Below are positions 1 to 6,854 of a stretch of 17,211 bases of DNA, in pieces. A program made the translations under genes and the position numbers. How positions within the stretch are numbered: position 1 is the first letter of the stretch; every line of letters begins with the position of its first letter. Origin of the DNA: an uncultured bacterium (GTDB lineage Bacteria; Caldisericota; Caldisericia; B22-G15); contig CBFDTJ010000027.1 in the NCBI GenBank assembly GCA_965612865.1, positions 1 to 17,211 of the forward strand, written 5' to 3'. A model generated the notes under the pieces. That model had not been told where the DNA came from. It did no database searches and saw only the letters and a list, made by a program, of their open reading frames with translations.

Positions 1-190
1 TTTCCAAAGCTTTAAGCTCGGCAGCGTTAATGTAGTTTATTGAGGAAGCGATTCCTTGGTGATGTCCGGGCATGAAAGAAAATGGCATGTTTCCTCTAAT
101 TCTGAATATGTACCAGCCACTGAGGAAAAAACCTATCCCCACTGCTATTATGACTAAAACCACTATAATTATATTAAAAGTATCTTTCAT
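1..190 (-). CDS. Partial membrane-anchored or exported protein, third gene of the copper operon (3' end outside the window)
   Basis: Not in the ORF track; translated by hand. ATG at 190-188 directly follows the ATPase stop codon, with an AGGAGG SD at about 199-204. Open frame MKDTFNIIIVVLVIIAVGIGFFLSGWYIFRIRGNMPFSFMPGHHQGIASSINYINAAELKALE runs off the window edge. N-terminal hydrophobic helix followed by a Met/His-containing segment. Confidence 0.75.
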   Translation of the reverse strand, partial: MKDTFNIIIVVLVIIAVGIGFFLSGWYIFRIRGNMPFSFMPGHHQGIASSINYINAAELKALE

Positions 191-2206
191 TTAAATTTCC
201 TCCTTGGTTTTTAATTTGTTTAATGTCTGAGCATTTATTGCTACAATTATAGTGCTCAAAGACATAAGTATTGCTCCCACTGCTGGGGAGAGGAAAAAAC
301 CTATACCTGCAAGCACTCCTCCTGCCAGAGGAATTGCAAAGGCGTTATATCCTGCTGCCCACCACAGGTTCTGCACCATCTTTTTGTATGTGGCGCGAGA
401 TAGTTTAATTGCCTCCACAACATCTCCTGGATCGTTTCTTACAAGTATTATGTCGGCACTTTCTATGGCCACATCTGTTCCTGCTCCAATGGCTATTCCA
501 ATATCAGAAGTTACAAGGGCAGGAGCATCGTTTATTCCATCACCAACCATTGCAACTTTAAGTCCCTTCTCCTTTAATAGTTTTATCTTTTCCTGCTTTT
601 TGTGAGGAAGAACCCTTGCAAAATATTGATCAATTCCAATTTCTTTTGACACCCATTTTGCCACTTCCTCTGTATCTCCTGTTAGCATAAAAACCTTAAT
701 TCCCACCTCTTTTAGTTTTCTGACAGCCTCTTTTGATTCTTTTCTCACCTGATCTGAGAGAAAGATTGCTCCCACAAGTTTTCCATCGTAAACTATAAAC
801 ACAGGAGTTTTACCATACTCTTTTAAATCCTTTATTTCATCGCTCTCTATTTTTATATTCAGTTTGGTTAGAAGGCTTTCATTCCCAGCAAATGCTTCTT
901 TGTCTTCTATCTTCCCATATACTCCTCTTCCAGGAAGAGCTTTAAAATCTTTTATATGGGGTATTTTTATTCCCCTGCTCTTTGCGTAATTAACAATCTC
1001 TTTTGCTATTATATGCTCGGAGTTTACTTCAAGGGCTGATGCAATGCGAATCAACTCATTTTCCTCTATGAAAGACACTACTTTATCAACCTTAAAATTC
1101 CCAAGAGTTAAAGTTCCTGTTTTGTCAAACACAACAGCATCTACATCCTTTAGATTTTCAAATGCTCTTCTATCTCTTATAAGTATTCCTCTCTTCGCTG
1201 TAAGAGATGTAGATATTGCTACCACGAGAGGAATGGCAAGACCGAGAGCGTGAGGGCAGGCTATTACAAGTACTGTTACGCTTCTTTCAAGAGCGAAGTC
1301 AGGTCCTCTATAAATTATCCAGAAAATGTATGTTATTATTCCTGCTGCAAGGGCAATGTAAAACAAAAGACCGGCAGCTTTATTTGCAATATCCTGTGTT
1401 CTTGACTTACTTTCCTGAGCCTCCTTTACCAGCTTTATTATCTGAGATAAGTATGTTTCCTCACCGGTTTTTAAGATTCTGATTCTTAGATTTCCCTCTT
1501 TGTTTATAGAACCACCTATAACTTCTTCTCCCTTTCTCTTTATTACAGGCTTTGATTCTCCTGTAAGGAGTGATTCATTTACAAAGGATTCTCCCTCTTC
1601 GACCACTCCATCAGAGGGAATTTTTTCTCCTGGTTTAACTAAAACCAGATCCCCTTTCTTTAATTCTGAAATAGATACATCCATTATTTCGTTGTTCTTT
1701 ATGAGGTGAGCCATTTTGGGCATAACTTTTACAAGCTCTTCAAGTGCCCTTGATGCTCCCATAATACTTTTTGCCTCAATCCAGTGTCCAAGGAGCATAA
1801 TATCCACAAGGGTTGCAAGTTCCCAGAAAAAGTCTTTTCCCTGCCCTGAGAAAACCGTGAAGGATGAGTATATAAAAGCTACACTTATTGCCATTCCAAT
1901 AAGTGTCATCATGCCTGGCATTTTTTTCTTTATTTCCTCTACCATTCCCTTTAAGAAGGGCCAGCCACCGTAGAAAAATATGAAGGTGGATAAGCTAAAA
2001 ACGGCGTATTTTCTAAAGGGAAAATCAACTTTAAAACCAAACCACATCTGTATCATATCTGAAAGAATCAGGATAGGGATTGTAAGTAGAAGAGATACAA
2101 AGAATCTCTTTTTAAATTCTTCTATGTGGTGGGAATGGGTGTGTTTTGTATGCTTGTCGTGTTTTGAGTGGTCTGTTTCGTGTTCTTTATGTTCATTGTG
2201 ATTCAT
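191..2206 (-). CDS. copB: Copper-exporting P1B-3-type ATPase (CopB-like)
   Basis: His-rich N-terminus without CxxC, TGES actuator motif, transmembrane CPH motif (IACPHALGLA), DKTGT phosphorylation site, GDGINDAP hinge, YN and MSxST transmembrane motifs. SD AGGAGG just upstream. Confidence 0.93.
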   Translation of the reverse strand: MNHNEHKEHETDHSKHDKHTKHTHSHHIEEFKKRFFVSLLLTIPILILSDMIQMWFGFKVDFPFRKYAVFSLSTFIFFYGGWPFLKGMVEEIKKKMPGMMTLIGMAISVAFIYSSFTVFSGQGKDFFWELATLVDIMLLGHWIEAKSIMGASRALEELVKVMPKMAHLIKNNEIMDVSISELKKGDLVLVKPGEKIPSDGVVEEGESFVNESLLTGESKPVIKRKGEEVIGGSINKEGNLRIRILKTGEETYLSQIIKLVKEAQESKSRTQDIANKAAGLLFYIALAAGIITYIFWIIYRGPDFALERSVTVLVIACPHALGLAIPLVVAISTSLTAKRGILIRDRRAFENLKDVDAVVFDKTGTLTLGNFKVDKVVSFIEENELIRIASALEVNSEHIIAKEIVNYAKSRGIKIPHIKDFKALPGRGVYGKIEDKEAFAGNESLLTKLNIKIESDEIKDLKEYGKTPVFIVYDGKLVGAIFLSDQVRKESKEAVRKLKEVGIKVFMLTGDTEEVAKWVSKEIGIDQYFARVLPHKKQEKIKLLKEKGLKVAMVGDGINDAPALVTSDIGIAIGAGTDVAIESADIILVRNDPGDVVEAIKLSRATYKKMVQNLWWAAGYNAFAIPLAGGVLAGIGFFLSPAVGAILMSLSTIIVAINAQTLNKLKTKEEI

Positions 2207-2216
2207 TATTCCTCCT

Positions 2217-2486
2217 TTACAAAAATTTTTTAATCTCTCTTATTACTTCATTTATCTTTACATCTTCATTCTTTTTATCTCTTAATGCATCCTTAACACA
2301 TGTCTTTATATGTGATTCAAGAACTATCAAGGCAATGCTTTTTAATGCACCCCGTATTGCAGATATTTGCTCAAGTATGTCAATGCAGTATCTTGGCTCC
2401 TCAATCATTTTTTTGAGTCCTTCAAGCTGACCTTTAATTTTGTTAAGCCTTCTTAAAAGATTCTCCTGTTCTTTTTTCTTTAACAC
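2217..2486 (-). CDS. csoR: CsoR/RcnR-family metal-sensing repressor, probably Cu(I)-sensing
   Basis: RLNKIKGQLEG...YCIDILEQISAIRGAL...ESHIKTC gives the Cys-His-Cys ligand set. GTG start with AGGAGG SD at about 2493-2498. Directly upstream of the Cu ATPase. Confidence 0.93.
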   Translation of the reverse strand: MLKKKEQENLLRRLNKIKGQLEGLKKMIEEPRYCIDILEQISAIRGALKSIALIVLESHIKTCVKDALRDKKNEDVKINEVIREIKKFL

Positions 2487-2517
2487 TTCTTTCCTCCTTT
2501 ATCCAGAGTCTATAGGT

Positions 2518-2536
2518 TATACCCTCATGGGGTATA
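2518..2536. promoter_or_regulatory. CsoR operator (inverted repeat)
   Basis: TATACCC-TCATG-GGGTATA is a perfect 7-bp inverted repeat with C/G tracts, resembling the ATACC...GGTAT operators of CsoR proteins. It abuts the -10 element of the csoR promoter. Confidence 0.85.
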
Positions 2537-2563
2537 GTATACAGGAAAAAATTATTTTGTCAA
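2534..2563 (-). promoter_or_regulatory. Sigma70-type promoter of the csoR-copB operon
   Basis: On the minus strand, TTGACA (2563-2558) is followed by TATACT (2541-2536, 16-nt spacer) or TACTAT (2539-2534, 18-nt spacer). Confidence 0.75.
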
Positions 2564-2616
2564 GGAAATAAAAGATTTAAATATTTGTCCACTTTTAACT
2601 TATATTTTATTATAAA

Positions 2617-2645
2617 TTGCAACGATTTAACAATTTTGATATAAT
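2617..2645 (+). promoter_or_regulatory. Sigma70-type promoter of the riboswitch-nrdD operon
   Basis: TTGCAA (2617-2622), 17-nt spacer, TATAAT (2640-2645) with an extended -10 TG at 2637-2638. Located just 5' of the riboswitch. Confidence 0.75.
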
Positions 2646-2657
2646 TATTCCAATCTG

Positions 2658-2857
2658 AAATCTGGGTGGTTCAAGGGAAGTGGGTGAAAATCCCACACGG
2701 TCCCCGCCACCGTGACCGATGACGAAAGCATTGATCGCCACTGAGCAGGTTAATCATAAGGTTGCCTGTTTGGGAAGGCAATGCGAGTAGGATGAATCGG
2801 GAGTCGGGAGACCTACCATCCAGGTTTTTTCTCTTCCTCGGGGTAAGGAAGGGAAAA
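2658..2857 (+). ncRNA. Cobalamin (AdoCbl, class I-like) riboswitch
   Basis: Conserved elements appear in order: AGGGAA (2674-2679), GGTGAAAATCC T-loop, P5 CACGGT/ACCGTG with loop CCCCGCC, GCCACTG (2737-2743), GGGAAGG (2772-2778) and the B12 box AGTCGGGAGACCTACC (2802-2817). P1 pairs 2658-2670 with 2815-2827. The P13 hairpin (2827-2857) has loop CGGGG, complementary to L5 CCCCG. Confidence 0.95.
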
Positions 2858-2879
2858 GGAACTTATCGGAGGATTTCTT

Positions 2880-4979
2880 ATGAGAAAGGTCAGAAAGAGG
2901 GATGGTTCAATTGTAGATTTTGATGAGTCAAAGATAAAGAGGGCAATTTTTAATGCATTAGCCTCCACAGGGAATCCAGATATTGATTTAGCAGAGAATC
3001 TAAAGGACCAGGTGGTAGCTGTTCTTGAAAGGCTTTATGGTGATTCCAGCATACCAGATATTGAAGATATACAGGATGTTGTGGAAAAGATTTTGATGAA
3101 GAACGGTTTGGTTGATGTGGCCAAGAGCTACATAATATATAGAAAACAACATGAAGATTTAAGGGAGATAAAAAGGGTTTTTGAAAACATATATTCAATA
3201 ATAGATAACTACATTGATGACAAAGATTGGAGGGTAAGAGAGAATTCAAACATGACATACTCCCTTCAGGGTTTAAACTTTCACATCTCCTCCACTTTAA
3301 TATCAAAGTACTGGCTATCAAAGATATATCCAAGAGAGGCGGCGAAAGCTCATATAAGGGGAGATATACACATACATGATCTTGGAATTCTTGGTCCCTA
3401 TTGTGTTGGTTGGGATCTTGAAGATTTATTGAGGAGAGGTTTTGGCGGCGTTTCTGGGAAGATCTCATCAGCTCCCCCGAAGCATTTTAGATCAGCTCTT
3501 GGTCAGATAGTTAATTTTTTCTATACCCTTCAGGGAGAGGCAGCTGGTGCCCAAGCTTTCAGTAATTTTGACACCCTTCTCGCACCCTTTGTAAGATACG
3601 ACAATTTAAGTTACAGAGAGGTTAAACAAGCTCTTCAGGAGTTTCTGTTCAATATTAATGTTCCAACCAGAGTTGGCTTCCAAACACCTTTCACAAATTT
3701 AAGTTTTGATCTTTCACCCTCCCCTCTATATGTTAATAAGCATGTGGTCATTGGAGGAGAGGAGAGGAGGGAAGTTTATGGAGATTTTCAGAGAGAGATG
3801 GATATAATCAATAAAAGTTTTGCAGAGTTAATGATAGAGGGAGATAGAGATGGAAGACCATTTACCTTCCCAATTCCAACATACAACATAACATGCGATT
3901 TTGATTGGGAGAATGAGAAACTAAAGCCCCTGTGGGAGATGACAGGTAAATATGGAATTCCATACTTTGCCAATTTTGTAAACTCCCATATGAAGCCAGA
4001 GGATGTAAGAAGTATGTGCTGTAGATTGAGACTTGATGTGAGGGAGCTGAAGGAGAGAGGGGGAGGGTTGTTTGGAGCAAATCCCCTCACTGGTTCAATA
4101 GGTGTTGTAACAATCAATCTTCCAAGAATAGGGTATCTATCAAGAACCGAAGAGGAGTTTATGGATAGATTATACGAACTTATGGAGATAGGAAAGAGAG
4201 CTCTTGAGGTGAAGAGAAGGGTTGTTGAGAGATTTACAGATAAAGGACTCTACCCATACTCAAAGGTTTATCTTGAGAGCGTGAAGAGAAACCTTGGGAG
4301 TTATTGGGCAAATCACTTCTCAACAATAGGAATAATAGGTATGGCTGAAGCTGTGGAGAATTTGTTGAAAGTGCCATTTAGATCAAGAGAGGGGAAGGAG
4401 TTTGCAATTCGTGTTTTAGAGTTTATGAGGAAGACACTCCTCTCATTTCAGAAGGAGACAGGGAATCTCTATAACCTTGAAGCAACACCAGCAGAGGGAG
4501 CTTCATTTAGGCTTGCTAAAATTGATGTTGAAAAATTCCCAGATATAATTCATCAGGGGACAGAGGAGGAACCATACTATACAAACTCTGTTCACCTTCC
4601 AGTGGATACAACAGATGATATTTTTGAGATTCTTGAGTTTGAAGATGATCTTCAGGTTATGTTCACAGGAGGAACTGTCGTTCACCTCTTTCTTGGAGAG
4701 AGTATAATGGATCCAGATTTAGTTAAGATGCTTGTAAAAAAGATTGTAGAGAGATACAAGCTTCCATACTTTACAATAACCCCCACCTTTTCAATATCTC
4801 CTGTCTCAGGTTTTATACCTGGAGAGCACAGGTTTGACCCAAATCCTATACCAAGGGATCTTATAGAGAAGTATGGAGTTGTTGTGGAAATTTCTGAGGA
4901 GGAGTTGAAGAATCTTCCAGAGGGAAGTTACATATTAATTGAGGATGAGGAAAATAGAAAGTTTGATTTCTATGTTTAA
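2880..4979 (+). CDS. nrdD: Anaerobic (class III) ribonucleoside-triphosphate reductase, catalytic subunit with N-terminal ATP cone, lacking the glycyl-radical domain
   Basis: ATP cone (VRKRDG...FDESKI...EDIQDVVE), HIHDL, YCVGW, GAQA, PFTFPIPTYN, finger loop SMCCRL, EATPAEG, YYTNS, TGGTVVH and PYFTITPTFS. No RVxGY motif in this ORF. SD GGAGGA at 2868-2873. Confidence 0.95.
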   Translation: MRKVRKRDGSIVDFDESKIKRAIFNALASTGNPDIDLAENLKDQVVAVLERLYGDSSIPDIEDIQDVVEKILMKNGLVDVAKSYIIYRKQHEDLREIKRVFENIYSIIDNYIDDKDWRVRENSNMTYSLQGLNFHISSTLISKYWLSKIYPREAAKAHIRGDIHIHDLGILGPYCVGWDLEDLLRRGFGGVSGKISSAPPKHFRSALGQIVNFFYTLQGEAAGAQAFSNFDTLLAPFVRYDNLSYREVKQALQEFLFNINVPTRVGFQTPFTNLSFDLSPSPLYVNKHVVIGGEERREVYGDFQREMDIINKSFAELMIEGDRDGRPFTFPIPTYNITCDFDWENEKLKPLWEMTGKYGIPYFANFVNSHMKPEDVRSMCCRLRLDVRELKERGGGLFGANPLTGSIGVVTINLPRIGYLSRTEEEFMDRLYELMEIGKRALEVKRRVVERFTDKGLYPYSKVYLESVKRNLGSYWANHFSTIGIIGMAEAVENLLKVPFRSREGKEFAIRVLEFMRKTLLSFQKETGNLYNLEATPAEGASFRLAKIDVEKFPDIIHQGTEEEPYYTNSVHLPVDTTDDIFEILEFEDDLQVMFTGGTVVHLFLGESIMDPDLVKMLVKKIVERYKLPYFTITPTFSISPVSGFIPGEHRFDPNPIPRDLIEKYGVVVEISEEELKNLPEGSYILIEDEENRKFDFYV

Positions 4980-4989
4980 GGAGGTAGAC

Positions 4990-5139
4990 ATGCTTAAAGA
5001 GAAGAAAAAGGTGAAGGTAAAGGTTGTTCCATGTGAGGTTTATTCAAGGGTGGTTGGCTATTTCAGACCCATTAAAAACTGGAATAAGGGAAAGAAGAGA
5101 GAGTTCAAAGAGAGGAAAACACTAAAAATGCCTCAATGA
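4990..5139 (+). CDS. Stand-alone NrdD glycyl-radical domain peptide (49 aa)
   Basis: SD AAGGAGGT (4978-4985) overlaps the nrdD stop; ATG at 4990. MLKEKKKVKVKVVPCEVYSRVVGYFRPIKNWNKGKKREFKERKTLKMPQ contains the class III RNR C-terminal motif YSRVVGYxRP..WNxGK..EF..R. Its stop overlaps the nrdG start (ATGA). Confidence 0.9.
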   Translation: MLKEKKKVKVKVVPCEVYSRVVGYFRPIKNWNKGKKREFKERKTLKMPQ

Positions 5140-5825
5140 TTAAAGGTTTTCAGGGAATAAGTCTTATTGATTATCCAGAACACATAGCTTCAATAGTATT
5201 TATAGGAGGCTGTAATTTTAGATGTCCCTTCTGTCATAATATAGAGCTTGTTCTTCCTCGGGAGTTGAACAAACTCCCCACTTTGAGTGAGGAGTATATC
5301 CTTGAGGAACTTATAAGACGCAAAAATTTTATAAATGGAGTGGAGTTTACAGGTGGTGAGCCAACCCTTTATAAAGGATTAACTAAATTCCTAAAGAGAA
5401 TTAAAGAGGAAGTAAAAATTGATATAAAACTTGATACAAATGGAACAAATCCCAGTATTATTGAGGAGTTGTTAAGAGACTCTCTTGTGGATTACATAGC
5501 CATGGATATAAAGAGTTCACCAGATAATTACAATAGAGCGGCAGGTGTGAAGGTTGATATTGATGCCATTAAAAAGAGTGTTGAATTAATAAAATCTTCT
5601 CAGATTGATTATGAGTTTAGAACCACCCTTGTCCCTGACTTTGTTAAGGAAGAAGATATAGGGAAGATTTGTAGGTTTCTTGGAAATGTAAAGAGGTATG
5701 TATTACAAAGATACAGACCAGAGAAAACCTTAGATTATCTTGAAATTAAGCCGTACAAAGAAGAAGAGACGAGGCGTTTCCTTTCCCTCATTGATTGTGC
5801 CGAGATAAAATTCTTACGAAGTTAA
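5136..5825 (+). CDS. nrdG: Anaerobic ribonucleotide reductase activating enzyme (radical SAM)
   Basis: SLIDYP...GCNFRCPFCHN (CxxxCxxC), TGGEPT, LDTNG, DYIAMDIK and YEFRTT motifs. In the operon with nrdD. Confidence 0.93.
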   Translation: MIKGFQGISLIDYPEHIASIVFIGGCNFRCPFCHNIELVLPRELNKLPTLSEEYILEELIRRKNFINGVEFTGGEPTLYKGLTKFLKRIKEEVKIDIKLDTNGTNPSIIEELLRDSLVDYIAMDIKSSPDNYNRAAGVKVDIDAIKKSVELIKSSQIDYEFRTTLVPDFVKEEDIGKICRFLGNVKRYVLQRYRPEKTLDYLEIKPYKEEETRRFLSLIDCAEIKFLRS

Positions 5826-6802
5826 GTCTGTATCCATTGCTGCTCTTTAAGAGACCTTCCTACAAAATAGAGAAAAAGAAGGAAGAATATTCCCACAAAG
5901 ACCATGCCGTTTTTTGGGTTTAAAAAACATAAGAGTATAAAAAATAGTAAAGATCCAGAGATAAAGAGATATATATGTTTGTTGGTAACATCACTGTTTA
6001 AAATCTGGGTGATGAAGAAGAGAGCCATAAATATTATAAAAGTTATCTGAAAAAAAATTGTTATTAAGTCGTTAATTTTTAATGTGGCAAAAATATATGG
6101 TAGAAACAGGTTTATTCCCTGAGACAGAAAACCGACTATTCCAAACCAGATAGGGGAGAGAATCCTTGTTTTTGTTGAAATGATTCTTTTATCCTTAAAA
6201 AGAAATGAAATATATATAAGCAAGAAAACGGAGAGAAGAGAAGACACTGAAAGAACTGGATTTGGATAAAAAGGCTTTATTTTTCCTCCAAGTTTTGTTC
6301 CAGCGAATATAAAACCAACCAGGGTAATAAATATTAAACCAAGAGTTGTGTAAATAAATCCTTTTCTGTTTAAGAGAGGTTTGTTTTTGTAGGCAGGCCA
6401 CAGGAGATCAACTATTTTAATTGGTATCAGTGTACTAATTGTGGAATGGAAGAAGATAAGCATAATTGTCCATGGCCACTGAATTCCAAGATACATCCCG
6501 TATGCTGAGAGAGCCTGAAGGTCTTCCCAGCCAGGATTAAAAAAAGATTTTGTAAGCAACCCTTCTTCAATAATTCCATAGGCTACTACCAGAAATATGA
6601 TACTCCACTGGAGATTCCACCTTACCCTGAGTTCTCTTATAAGCAAAGCGCCAAAACCATAGAGAAGAATGAGCATTAGTAAAGTTAAAGGATTAAAGAA
6701 TTCTCCGGGTGGAGACGAAGAAGATAGAAGCTCTCCCAATGCTGGAGATAATAAAATTAAAAAAATAAAAATTTTTGACTCTTCTTTTAAATTAAATTTC
6801 AT
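5822..6802 (-). CDS. Uncharacterised polytopic membrane protein
   Basis: 326 aa with many hydrophobic segments and an AYGIIEEGL segment. Convergent with nrdG, overlapping by 4 nt. Family not recognised. Confidence 0.75.
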   Translation of the reverse strand: MKFNLKEESKIFIFLILLSPALGELLSSSSPPGEFFNPLTLLMLILLYGFGALLIRELRVRWNLQWSIIFLVVAYGIIEEGLLTKSFFNPGWEDLQALSAYGMYLGIQWPWTIMLIFFHSTISTLIPIKIVDLLWPAYKNKPLLNRKGFIYTTLGLIFITLVGFIFAGTKLGGKIKPFYPNPVLSVSSLLSVFLLIYISFLFKDKRIISTKTRILSPIWFGIVGFLSQGINLFLPYIFATLKINDLITIFFQITFIIFMALFFITQILNSDVTNKHIYLFISGSLLFFILLCFLNPKNGMVFVGIFFLLFLYFVGRSLKEQQWIQT

Positions 6803-6854
6803 CTTATATTGTAGAGAGTGAAAAATAATAGTTTCCGTTATAGTTTATTAGCTG

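Noticed and set aside
252..2430. Plus-strand ORFs antisense to copB/csoR, and similar shadow ORFs opposite nrdD, the CoA-disulfide reductase, gamma-CA, ade and other genes
   Set aside because: They are antisense or out-of-frame shadows of well-supported genes and have no recognisable motifs.
2564..2660. NrdR box upstream of nrdD
   Set aside because: The region is AT-rich, but I found no convincing match to the NrdR palindrome.
4939..4989. Upstream ATG giving the 66-aa version of the glycyl-radical ORF
   Set aside because: It overlaps nrdD, whereas ATG 4990 has an ideal AAGGAGGT SD. The 49-aa form is preferred.
4790..5139. nrdD as a frameshifted pseudogene or assembly error
   Set aside because: A single indel would not explain the dedicated SD, the coupled stop/start junctions, the loss of four Zn ligands and the extra tail. 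Considered unlikely but not excluded without reads.
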